Of a DNA stretch of 64,000 nucleotides, positions 18,685-27,605 are shown one piece after another. Both the position numbers and the translations under genes were made by a program. Under the pieces are notes generated by a model that was not told the DNA's origin, ran no database searches, and saw nothing but the letters and a program-made list of their open reading frames with translations. The stretch's first letter is position 1, and each line of letters starts with the position of its first letter. The DNA comes from Akkermansia muciniphila (lineage in GTDB: Bacteria > Verrucomicrobiota > Verrucomicrobiia > Limisphaerales > UBA9464): positions 31,863 through 95,862 of the forward strand of contig CAMDGV010000006.1 of the NCBI GenBank assembly GCA_945898055.1, read 5' to 3'.

Positions 18685-18753
18685 TTTAGAAAAAGCAATC
18701 CCCACTAGCCTCGCTCGACAAAACGAACCGCTCTCGCCACCGTCTCCGCCTTT

Positions 18754-19533
18754 ATGTCAAAGCCGTTGATCATTGCCGGACGGCAATTTTCCTCTCGCCT
18801 CTTTTTAGGCACCGGAAAATTCCCCTCCCCAGAATCTATGCGCGGAGCCCTTGCGGCCAGTGGAACGGAAATCGTCACCGTCGCTCTTCGACGAGCTGAT
18901 CTGTCCGGGCGCAGGGATCCGTTTGCGAATATCCTTGAGTTTATCGATCCCGCCCGATTCCTGATCTTACCTAACACCAGCGGAGCTATGAACGCGGAAG
19001 AAGCGGTCCGCCTCGCCAGACTCGCCGTTGCTGCAGGTCTGCCAAAATGGATCAAATTAGAGATCCATCCCGACCCTCGCTACCTTCTGCCGGACCCGAT
19101 CGAAACATTTAAGGCGGCTGAACAACTCGTTCGAGAAGGCTTTATTGTCCTACCTTACATCAATGCGGATCCGGTCCTCGCCAAACGACTTCAGGAAATA
19201 GGAACGGCAACAGTGATGCCTCTCGGAGCTCCGATCGGCTCAAATCGAGGCCTCCAGACTCGCGAACAAATCCGTATCATCATCGAACAAGCCATCGTCC
19301 CCGTGGTCATCGATGCCGGTATCGGTGCCCCAAGTCATGCCGCTGAAGCGATGGAATTGGGGGCCGATGCAGTCTTGGTTAATACCGCTATTGCCGTCGC
19401 ATCGGATCCCAATCGTATGGCAACCGCTTTCCGAAATGCGGTCGAAGCCGGTCGTACGGCCTTTGAACTCGGCCTAGCCGATCGACTCGAAACTGCCAGT
19501 TCCACCAGTCCTTTAACCGGGTTTCTAAAGTAA
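18754..19533 (+). CDS. thiG: Thiazole synthase.
   Basis: The N-terminus is [19 protein letters not shown]. Further matches are [32 protein letters not shown] and [27 protein letters not shown]. Confidence 0.93.
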   Translation: MSKPLIIAGRQFSSRLFLGTGKFPSPESMRGALAASGTEIVTVALRRADLSGRRDPFANILEFIDPARFLILPNTSGAMNAEEAVRLARLAVAAGLPKWIKLEIHPDPRYLLPDPIETFKAAEQLVREGFIVLPYINADPVLAKRLQEIGTATVMPLGAPIGSNRGLQTREQIRIIIEQAIVPVVIDAGIGAPSHAAEAMELGADAVLVNTAIAVASDPNRMATAFRNAVEAGRTAFELGLADRLETASSTSPLTGFLK

Positions 19534-19592
19534 GGCTCCCAACTTCCCTTAGCTCACCCAACCCCGACGGCCTCCTTGCTCTGCCTGTCTCG

Positions 19593-20030
19593 ATGATCCC
19601 CCCGACCGATTCAGCACAACACCGCCGGGCGAACTGGATTCGGGCCCTCGAACAAATCCACGACCCTCAATCACGCCTCGGGTGGATCCTCGATCAGGCT
19701 CGCAGCATCGCTCCCTTGCCAGTTCACCTCCGCACTGAGCCTCATTTATTTCCAGGATGTCGGGTGCGACTCTGGTGGATTCCCTCATTTCACAACGGCC
19801 AATGCGAGTTCCATACAGACTCCGATTCAGTCACTCTCAAGGCTCTAACTCATCTAATCGCTCAGATTTGTGGAAAATCGACACCTTCGGAAATAGCAGA
19901 ACTGGATTTTAGCTTTTTAGAGACATTAGGGGTCTTACGACAACTTGCCGAAAGTCGTCAGGCAACCCTTCGCCGAATTATCGAAGCAACCCATGAATTT
20001 ACTTCGCTTCACCGGGCAAAAAATCTCTGA
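19593..20030 (+). CDS. SufE/CsdE-like sulfur-acceptor domain protein.
   Basis: FPGCRVRLWW...FHTDSDSVTLKALTHLIAQICGKSTPSEIAELDFSFLETLGVLRQLAESRQATL matches the SufE pattern (GC-S-vWl ... adSDa-i-kGl ... tp-ei ... Ls-sR). The start codon is uncertain. Confidence 0.7.
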   Translation: MIPPTDSAQHRRANWIRALEQIHDPQSRLGWILDQARSIAPLPVHLRTEPHLFPGCRVRLWWIPSFHNGQCEFHTDSDSVTLKALTHLIAQICGKSTPSEIAELDFSFLETLGVLRQLAESRQATLRRIIEATHEFTSLHRAKNL

Positions 20031-20033
20031 ACC

Positions 20034-21818
20034 TCACGGATTAACAGGAACAACAACAGGATCAACTGGATCAACTGGATCAACTGGAACAGTTACCGGT
20101 GGCAACGAGTAGCGTAGTCGCCTTAAGCTCTGCTCCGCGACCATGCCCATCCGCCGATTGGCCATTTCTAGCTTCTCCAACTCATTGGTGATGACGAAAA
20201 TATCGCCGCCTTCCAATTCCCGCTCCACGGACAAAATGGCCGCAGCCAAGACACTGTCGCCAACCATCTGACTTGATCCTCGCAACGAATTTATCCGAGT
20301 CCAAGCCGCGCGCAGTTGGCCACGCGTCAGTACCGTTCTGGCGAAAGTCACTGATTCGGCCACTTGACGCCCCAACATCGCCATCAACTCGTAATACGAT
20401 TCCGCATCAATTTGTAACCGTTCCTGAGCCTCCAACGCGGCACTCTTTTGCACGAGCAGCTTATCCAGCGCAATTTGTACATTCCTGAGGATATCCTCTT
20501 TATTGAAGGGCTTAACGATGTACTGCCGGACTCCTACTGCAGCGGCGTTGACCACATCTTCTTTGTCGGTGGAGGATGTGCAGAAAATAATATCCAACGA
20601 CTCAAACCGAATGTCTTTTCGCAGGCGCTTTACCAAGTCAAAGCCATTTAATCCGGGCATATTGATGTCGCACAGGCTCACATCCACCCGCACGCCGCTC
20701 TCCAGTAATTTCCACGCGGATTCACCATCCTCCGCTTCCACCACTGTGATCTTCATCTCCGCTAGGCAAGAGCGTAAGATGGTTCGGTTTAATCGATCGT
20801 CGTCGACAATCAAAATAACCGGCTTCATTTCCTCTTCGACAACCGCCTCTGGGCTAATTTCTTCCGATCCTAACTCCTCAAATTGAGTTTCCAGTTTCAG
20901 TATCGGTAACACTAAACTCAATTCTTCATCACTCAGATCCATCACCAACCCTAACCGCCCCTCCTTGTTGAGGGTTGTTCGGCACCGCCCCCGAATCGAT
21001 TTCATGGACGCTTCCAATCCCACTTCCAACGGCCGCAATTCCAATGGGTGCACACAACTCACTGCCAGATTTAAGGCATCCACCTCTGATTTTAAACTCT
21101 GATTTAAAGACTCTAATTCCTTCGAACGTTCTGTTAATTCAGATAATTTAAGAAGGGTCTTGGCATCAATTGCTGGTTTTTTCTCTTCTAATAAGGGATC
21201 GACCAAAGCTGTCCGACTCTGCCCGTCTGTTTTTTGGAATCCCTTCGAAAAAAACAACCCAAGAATCACTAAGAGAAAAGACAAACTGCAGCCAACAACC
21301 AGCAATAAGAAATCTGACTTTAGATCCTCATCAACTAGCTTTTGGTTGCTCAGGCGGAACCCGACGAGGGCCGACTGAAGCTTGTTCCGAGCATCACTCA
21401 ACTGCAGGCGAGCAACCGGCACATCTCCTCCTCCCGGAAGACGAAACGCCAAGAATGCAGACTGAAACTTAGACTCGTAAACCTTTACTACTTGATCCCA
21501 ATCTAAGTTCTTTTGAACGACATTTGTCCTGATTAGTGCCATCCCTCGTTCAATCGAAGAATCAATCTCCTTCAAATTGACAACCACTGAGGGGCTCATC
21601 GGATCCTCAGTCCCTTTGCAAATCAGAGCCAAAAAAGTAATCTGTCGATCGATTTGCTCCACCCCATCTCGCACTCGCCGATATTTGTCGAAGGTTTCCA
21701 CCAACCGCTTCCAAGATCTCAACTGGCCTCCGATCGGAAGTAGCGCAATGAAAAAGATCGCCGCCGCTAAAACGGGCGACTTCCAATTCCTTCCATTTTT
21801 AGGTTTAATTTTCGCCAC
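20034..21818 (-). CDS. Membrane-anchored response-regulator receiver protein with coiled-coil regions and a C-terminal Hpt-like domain.
   Basis: There are two hydrophobic segments (AAIFFIALLPIGG; LLLVVGCSLSFLLVILGLFF). The REC domain is VILIVDDD...SLCDINMPGLNG...IIFCTSS...YIVKPF. The C-terminal helical block is AAWTRINSLRGSSQMVGDSVLAAA, followed by a (PVD)n tail. Confidence 0.8.
   Translation of the reverse strand: MAKIKPKNGRNWKSPVLAAAIFFIALLPIGGQLRSWKRLVETFDKYRRVRDGVEQIDRQITFLALICKGTEDPMSPSVVVNLKEIDSSIERGMALIRTNVVQKNLDWDQVVKVYESKFQSAFLAFRLPGGGDVPVARLQLSDARNKLQSALVGFRLSNQKLVDEDLKSDFLLLVVGCSLSFLLVILGLFFSKGFQKTDGQSRTALVDPLLEEKKPAIDAKTLLKLSELTERSKELESLNQSLKSEVDALNLAVSCVHPLELRPLEVGLEASMKSIRGRCRTTLNKEGRLGLVMDLSDEELSLVLPILKLETQFEELGSEEISPEAVVEEEMKPVILIVDDDRLNRTILRSCLAEMKITVVEAEDGESAWKLLESGVRVDVSLCDINMPGLNGFDLVKRLRKDIRFESLDIIFCTSSTDKEDVVNAAAVGVRQYIVKPFNKEDILRNVQIALDKLLVQKSAALEAQERLQIDAESYYELMAMLGRQVAESVTFARTVLTRGQLRAAWTRINSLRGSSQMVGDSVLAAAILSVERELEGGDIFVITNELEKLEMANRRMGMVAEQSLRRLRYSLPPVTVPVDPVDPVDPVVVPVNP
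20059..20088. repeat. 9-bp tandem repeat (ggatcaact x3, plus a partial unit) encoding the PVDPVDPVD tail of the response-regulator protein.
   Basis: Read directly: ggatcaact ggatcaact ggatcaact gga. Confidence 0.9.
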
Positions 21819-21915
21819 AATTGAAATACTCGAATTCCTTCGACTAAGCCCTCGACCGTATCGGCAGTCGGTTCTGTCTCTTAAGTAACTATTCCAAATT
21901 TCGATCTAAACTCTC

Positions 21916-23520
21916 TCAACCTTCAAACTTCAGAACGCTATCCAAAACCTTCCCGGAGGAATTAAGTCCCGGAAAATCTAGGGTGAAATGTAACCCCCTA
22001 CTTTCTCGTCTTTGCAACGCACTCGCTACTATCACCTGCGCTACTGTCGCCAAATTTCGTAACTCAAGCAAATTAGCCGTTACGATAAAGTTCCAATAGT
22101 ATTCGCGAATTTCTTCCTGAAGATTAGCTAACCGCGTCTCCGCACGCCGAAGCCGCTTCGTCGTACGAACGATTCCCACATAATCCCACATTAACCGCCG
22201 AATCTCTTCCCAGTTATGAGCTACCACCACCATCTCGTCGGCGTTGGTCGCCCCACCTGTCTGCCACGCAGGTATCTCTGGGCCCGGTCCAGCCCCGGGT
22301 TCCCCTAGCAATCGCTTGGCAGCGCGATGAGCACAGACCAAAGCTTCCAAAAGGGAGTTACTCGCCAATCGGTTCGCTCCATGTAAACCCGTACACGCAA
22401 CTTCGCCCACCGCCGACAAACCCAGCAACGGTGTCGCACCATCCAAACTCGACTCAACTCCACCGCACTGATAATGAGCCGCCGGCACTACCGGTATCCA
22501 TTCCGAAGCCATATCAATGCCGATCTCCAAACATCGAGAATAAATCGTCGGAAAGTGTCGGGCAATGAACTCCGCTGATTGATGCGTAATATCAAGGAAA
22601 ACACACTCGGCTCCTGTCCGCTTCATTTCAGAATCAATCGCGCGGGCCACGATGTCTCGAGGTGCCAACTCTGCTCTCGAATCGTAGGCCGACATAAAAC
22701 GCACCCCTCCGGCCCCTCTTAAATACCCCCCTTCCCCACGGACAGCTTCCGAAATTAGAAACGATTTAGCCTTTGGATGAAACAGGCAGGTCGGATGAAA
22801 CTGGATAAATTCCATATTACGAACCGGCACCCCAGCACGATAGGCCATCGCCACGCCGTCCCCAGTCGCAATCGAAGGATTTGTCGAATGCAGGTACACC
22901 ATTCCGCAACCGCCTGTTGCTAGAACCACGTTTCCTGTCGCAAAGACATCCACCCGCCCCTCCACTTCATTGAGCACATAAACCCCTAAACACTGGTCGA
23001 CTCCCTCCAAGCCCAACTTCCGCCGAGTAATCAAATCGATAGCTAAGTGATTCTCAAAAACGCTGATCGATGGAGCTAACGAGACCGCCTTTAGAAGCGA
23101 CCTTTCAATCTCCCGCCCAGTCGCATCCTTTGCATGCAGAATTCGCCTCTTCGAATGCCCCCCTTCGCGAGTCAGATCTAGCTCTTTACGCCCACCTCCT
23201 CCTGGTACCTCACGCTCAGTGAATCGCGCCCCCATTTCAATCAAGTGATCAATACATTCAGGCCCTTCCTCGACAATGGAGCGCACCACAGATTCCTGAC
23301 ACAAACCAGCTCCAGCCTCTAAAGTGTCCCGAATGTGCAATTCAAAACTGTCCTCAGCACTCGTCACCGCAGCGATTCCACCTTGCGCCCAGTTGGTATT
23401 GGAGTCGGCTTTGTTTTTCTTGGTGACAATTGCCACCGTCCCACGCTCAGCCACCCTCAACGCTAGGGTCAATCCCGCAATCCCACTTCCCAAAATTACA
23501 AAATCAAAATGACGAGTCAC
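21916..23520 (-). CDS. nadB: L-aspartate oxidase.
   Basis: FDFVILGSGIAGLTLAL (FAD dinucleotide fold), NTNWAQGGIAAV, FIQFHPT, EAVRGEGG, CGGV and GLHGANRLASNSLLE. Confidence 0.93.
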   Translation of the reverse strand: MTRHFDFVILGSGIAGLTLALRVAERGTVAIVTKKNKADSNTNWAQGGIAAVTSAEDSFELHIRDTLEAGAGLCQESVVRSIVEEGPECIDHLIEMGARFTEREVPGGGGRKELDLTREGGHSKRRILHAKDATGREIERSLLKAVSLAPSISVFENHLAIDLITRRKLGLEGVDQCLGVYVLNEVEGRVDVFATGNVVLATGGCGMVYLHSTNPSIATGDGVAMAYRAGVPVRNMEFIQFHPTCLFHPKAKSFLISEAVRGEGGYLRGAGGVRFMSAYDSRAELAPRDIVARAIDSEMKRTGAECVFLDITHQSAEFIARHFPTIYSRCLEIGIDMASEWIPVVPAAHYQCGGVESSLDGATPLLGLSAVGEVACTGLHGANRLASNSLLEALVCAHRAAKRLLGEPGAGPGPEIPAWQTGGATNADEMVVVAHNWEEIRRLMWDYVGIVRTTKRLRRAETRLANLQEEIREYYWNFIVTANLLELRNLATVAQVIVASALQRRESRGLHFTLDFPGLNSSGKVLDSVLKFEG

Positions 23521-23911
23521 AAAATGACGATCTCTTTACCTAGTTTTCTGCACTAACACTCACACAAACCCAAATAGGTCAATCTAGGCCACCAAAATCA
23601 GACGCTTCAAGTCCCTTCCAAACTAGACTTCTAACTTATCTAATTTATCTAAGCATCACCTCAAAGAACCCAATAATAACCGACTCGCCTCAGCATTAAA
23701 GCAATCACTCAAGTCGATTCACAATTCAACGAGCAATGACTCCCCAACTTCAAATCCGAATTTGGGAATTTTATTTTTATTCCCCCTAAGTACGCACCCT
23801 TCCGCTGGGGTGGCAACCACCCCAAGCCCCGAACCGTTCCGCCATCCCGCAGGGATGCCAGCCATTGCCCGAGGGTTGATCAACGCGATACCCCTCGGCC
23901 TCCCAAATGGA

Positions 23912-25708
23912 TCAATGCAATCGGGCATGGAACCAAGCCGAGAGTTCGGTAATCGAAACACGTTCCTGACTCCCGTCGTCTCGGTGGCGAATAGTAACTG
24001 TATTCAGTAATTCTGGCTTTTCACCGAGCGTATCAAAATCAATGGTCACCCCGAAGGGAGTTCCGGCTTCATCTTGTCGGGCATAACGGCGTCCAATAGC
24101 TCCGGAATCATCGTAAAAGGCAAGGAATTGACCCCTCAATAACCCATAAACCTCTCGGGCTTTTGCCACTAACTCAGGTTTATTTTTCATCAAAGGAAAC
24201 ACCCCTACTTTAACCGGTGCCACCCTCGGATGAAACTTCATCACCACTCGGGTTTCACTCTTGCCTTTTTCATCGGTCGAAGTTGATTCGCTATAAGCAT
24301 TCGCAATGAGAGCTAAAATCAAACGGTCCACCCCAGCTGACGGTTCAATCACATGGGGGATATAGTGTCCCTTCGTCAGGTTTTGGGCATCCTCAGCGGC
24401 GGCGGCTTCTGCCACTGCCGGAGCTACCCCCGACTTCAGCATATACTTCAAGCGCGACTCATAATACTTCCCCGATAAATGCGCCTGAGACTCAGGAGTC
24501 AACTTGCCCCAACCGGTTCTCAACTCTTCATCAAAGACCCCCATTCCCTTACCGGAATGACGCGCATGCTGACTCAAATCGAAATCGCTTCGTGCAGCGA
24601 TACCCTCCAATTCATCGCCTAAGACATCTCCATTCGCATCTCGTTTGCTAAAAGGAAATTTGAAAAGAATATCAGTACAGGCCCGGGCATAATGCGCCAG
24701 TTCCGTCGGTGTCTGATGATGAAAACCGAGTGTCTGGCGCGACAACCCGATCCCCTCATAGAACCGCACCCGTTCTTCCACCCAATAACGGTGCCACGCC
24801 TGCCAACCCCAATTGGGTTGCGGATCACCGGGATGCCCTGACTCAGCTACCGCAGCGACACTCCCATGAATCGCTTCAGTGACCTCGTCGGGTTTGATGA
24901 AGAACTCCAACTCCATTTGCTCGAATTCACGCGACCGAAAAATGAAGTTCCGCGGTGTCACCTCGTTGCGGAATGCCTTACCAATCTGTGCGACACCAAA
25001 GGGCACCTTCTGGCGAGAGGTCTCGTAGACATTTTTGAACTGTGCGAAAATCGCTTGAGCCGTTTCAGGCCGGAGATAAGCCACGTTATCCTCCGATTGA
25101 ATGGGCCCGACATAGGTCTGAAGCATCAGGTTGAAGGGTCTCGGTTCGGTTAACTGCGCCCCATTCTCCGGATTAAATCGGGTGGTGTTTTCCACCTTCT
25201 CCGAACATTCCCCTTGCAGTTGAACGGACTGAAGCCCGCGGGCCTGATAATATTGCACAGCGAACTTTCGTGCACTTTCCGGAGGCTTGCCCGCTGCTAA
25301 AAGGACAGAAAAAGAATCGTTCACCTCTTTACCAGATACCGAATCTGTCGCGCCAGAATAGGTGAAGACAAGGCCACTCTGCGGATCAATCTGATCGGCT
25401 CTAAAGCGTTTACGCGTCAAAAGACAATCGCACATTGGATCACTAAAAGTGTCGACGTGACCAGATGCTTTCCAGATCAGCGGTGACATAATAATCGTGG
25501 CCTCCAATCCCACCACATCATCTCGGAGCCGGGTCATTGTCGTCCACCACGCCTCCTTGACATTCCGTTTCAACTCAGCACCTAACGGGCCGTAATCCCA
25601 AAACCCATTGATTCCACCGTAAATTTCAGACGACTGAAAAATAAACCCTCGACGTTTACACAGGCTGACTATTTTCTCCATCAGCAGATTCTCTTTGGAC
25701 TCGGACAT
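23912..25708 (-). CDS. glyQS: Glycine--tRNA ligase (homodimeric class II type).
   Basis: The N-terminus is KIVSLCKRRGFIFQSSEIYGGINGFWDYGPLGAELKRNVKEAWW. Further matches are YLRPETAQ, QIGKAFRNE..PRNFIFRSREFEQMELEFF, PHVIEPSAGVDR and an anticodon-binding C-terminus. Confidence 0.93.
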   Translation of the reverse strand: MSESKENLLMEKIVSLCKRRGFIFQSSEIYGGINGFWDYGPLGAELKRNVKEAWWTTMTRLRDDVVGLEATIIMSPLIWKASGHVDTFSDPMCDCLLTRKRFRADQIDPQSGLVFTYSGATDSVSGKEVNDSFSVLLAAGKPPESARKFAVQYYQARGLQSVQLQGECSEKVENTTRFNPENGAQLTEPRPFNLMLQTYVGPIQSEDNVAYLRPETAQAIFAQFKNVYETSRQKVPFGVAQIGKAFRNEVTPRNFIFRSREFEQMELEFFIKPDEVTEAIHGSVAAVAESGHPGDPQPNWGWQAWHRYWVEERVRFYEGIGLSRQTLGFHHQTPTELAHYARACTDILFKFPFSKRDANGDVLGDELEGIAARSDFDLSQHARHSGKGMGVFDEELRTGWGKLTPESQAHLSGKYYESRLKYMLKSGVAPAVAEAAAAEDAQNLTKGHYIPHVIEPSAGVDRLILALIANAYSESTSTDEKGKSETRVVMKFHPRVAPVKVGVFPLMKNKPELVAKAREVYGLLRGQFLAFYDDSGAIGRRYARQDEAGTPFGVTIDFDTLGEKPELLNTVTIRHRDDGSQERVSITELSAWFHARLH

Positions 25709-25869
25709 AGAAAATCAAAGAGTCCATCAGCATCAGGAAATCTGTCAATCACCTGAAATTCAGATTATCGAACTTCATCCAAAGCCCCTTTTACTGAAAG
25801 TGGCGTGTCTAAACCGATGGCACCATCAAGTCCGATGGAAAAGTCACTAAGGGCTTGGGCCTCGTGCGA

Positions 25870-26300
25870 TTGTGATAAATATTCGTTTTGGCGGATGATT
25901 GGACTGGCAGATGCCGAAACCACCCTGAAGCCGGACCGAAATGAGCAGGCCCTTTGGGATTGATCTCGCGTCGAGCTGATTGAACCTAAGGACTTGGGGT
26001 GGGCAGGTGCCCTTCAGATTGCCCGGGTGAACCATCGGATCGGAGCCGAAGGCCAGCTGAACCCAACCTCGATGACGCCTTCACGGGCCCTGAGCGACTT
26101 GCGTGACTCCGAATGGTTGGACTTCGAACAGGGGCGCTGGCGCATCGAGAATCGCAGCCACCACCCGCTAGACATAAACCCGCGCGACGATGAAAGCCGA
26201 GTGCGCCAACCCAACGCGGTTGGTGTCCCGGGGATCTGTCGGCGTCTTTCCAATGCCTGCAAGCAAGTCCGGGCCAAGGGCCGAGCCACGCGTGAAGCCA
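25870..26300 (+). pseudogene. Decayed C-terminal remnant of an ISAs1-family (H-repeat-type) DDE transposase.
   Basis: The + frame reads GWAGALQIARVNHR...RWRIENRSHHPLDINPRDDESRVRQPNAVGV..RRLSNA. By eye this matches the conserved WPG...v-R-R ... HW-IEN-LHW-LDV-F-ED-SR-R-NA block. The upstream frame is broken (..LKPDRNEQALWD*). There is no intact catalytic domain and no terminal repeats were identified. Confidence 0.5.
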
Positions 26301-26520
26301 CTTCCAGAGTCTGGACCGAAGAGAATCAGTTCGACCGCTGGAAGGCGATCCGTCTCGTTACAGGTCGAGTCGCCCGATGAAATCTCATGCGCAAAACCAA
26401 ATCCTAGCCAATCCCGCATTGCTCAGAAACAGCTTGATGCAGCCATGAAAATTCAGCGATTCACTGAATCCGGATTTGACTCTTCTCCCTCTCACTCGCT
26501 AAATGTTCCGTTACCGCGTT

Positions 26521-27015
26521 ATGGCAAAACTCACCGTATTGTCCGAAGGATACACTGGCCTCTCTTTTGAGGTCAGATCCGAGAAATCGTCAATCGGTCG
26601 ATTGGGGGACAATGCCATCAGCATTCCCGAAGCCAGTGTCAGTAGTCGTCACTGCGAGGTCTGGCTCAAAGGCGACGATATTGCGGTCGTCGATCAGGGG
26701 TCCACCAACGGGAGCTTCATCAACGACCTCAAATTGATCGCCGAAAAAGAGGCCACGTTGCGTCCAGGCCAAACGCTCCGGTTGGGTCAGATCCAACTCC
26801 GCTTTGAGCTCGAAACGAAACACAACGATTCTGGACGACCCACGGTTCAACCCGGGATGATTCACGGCGGCGGCAATTCCCCAACGACTGCCTTCGCAAA
26901 AAAAACCAACAAAGCCAATAAAATCATCTTTGGCGTTGGGACCACCCTCCTCGTTATTATCATTGGCGCATTAGTCTACGCCTTCGGCAACCTCTCTTCC
27001 GGTCCAACTCCCTGA
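26521..27015 (+). CDS. FHA-domain protein with a C-terminal transmembrane anchor.
   Basis: SSIGRLGDNAISIPEASVSSRHCEVWLKGDDIAVVDQGSTNGSFIN is the FHA core (G-R ... S-xH ... STNG). The C-terminal hydrophobic segment is IIFGVGTTLLVIIIGALVYAFG. An alternative start lies at 26503. Confidence 0.8.
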   Translation: MAKLTVLSEGYTGLSFEVRSEKSSIGRLGDNAISIPEASVSSRHCEVWLKGDDIAVVDQGSTNGSFINDLKLIAEKEATLRPGQTLRLGQIQLRFELETKHNDSGRPTVQPGMIHGGGNSPTTAFAKKTNKANKIIFGVGTTLLVIIIGALVYAFGNLSSGPTP

Positions 27016-27148
27016 ATTTTTCTCTCACTCCCCCCACTCACTGCTGCTGATTTCCTTCTGACATTTATTTAAAATAAAATTGGGAAGGGATCAAATTCGA
27101 CGGCGGATTCGAGGGGTTAGCGCAGGAGAAGTTGGCGGGTGAAAAAAC

Positions 27149-27605
27149 TCACGCCCGCTTCGCTCAAGACGCCAAGACGCCAAGACGCCAAGGATTCAAG
27201 GGAGTGATATAAATAGCCTGCCCCATAGTTTTGCTCTCTGGTGGTGAGTCACAGATAGCCTGCCCCATAGTTCGCTCCCTGGTGGTGAGTCACAGATAGC
27301 CTGCCCCATTGGTGAGTCACAGATAGCCTGCCCCATAGTTCGTTCCCTGGTGGTGAGTAGTCACAGATAGCCTGCCCCATAGTTTCGCTCTTCTCCCCTT
27401 TGCGTCTCCGCGTCTTTGCGTGAGACCTCATCCGCCCTTTCCCCTCCTCGTCAAAAAGCAATTTCCTATCAGTTTCTCACGCCCGCTTCGCTCAAGACGC
27501 CAAGACGCAAAGGATTCAAGAGTGATATAAATAGCCTGCCCCATAGTTCGCTCCCTGGTGGTGAGTCACAGATAGCCTGCCCCATAGTTTCGCTCTTCTC
27601 TGGAC
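27149..27605. repeat. Composite repeat block made of four parts. They are an 8-mer tandem (caagacgc x3), four to five ~41-bp tandem units (cacagatagcctgccccatagttcgctccctggtggtgagt), a ~120-nt hairpin-forming element, and a second partial copy of the unit array.
   Basis: Read directly. Units start at 27211 (variant), 27250, 27291 (27-bp short form), 27318, 27362 and again at ~27530 and ~27567. ctcacgcccgcttcgctcaagacgccaagacgc occurs at 27149 and 27476, and again at 33222. Confidence 0.9.

Noticed and set aside
23521-23911. A structured ncRNA in the 390-bp gap between glyQS and nadB, which contains several GC hairpins such as ggggtgg caa ccacccc.
   Set aside because: The hairpins sit where a glyQS terminator and the nadB promoter are expected. 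I found no match to any RNA family I can recognise (6S, SRP, RNase P, tmRNA).
26190-26570. A 126-aa plus-strand ORF, with companion minus-strand ORFs at 26014-26419.
   Set aside because: They overlap the ISAs1 remnant and the FHA gene start in alternative frames and have a non-protein-like composition.
27211-27605. Possible CRISPR array, given regularly spaced copies of cacagatagcctgccccatag.
   Set aside because: The units abut head-to-tail with no unique spacers. Unit lengths are irregular (41, 27, 44 bp). No cas genes or leader are present. It is a tandem satellite, not a CRISPR.
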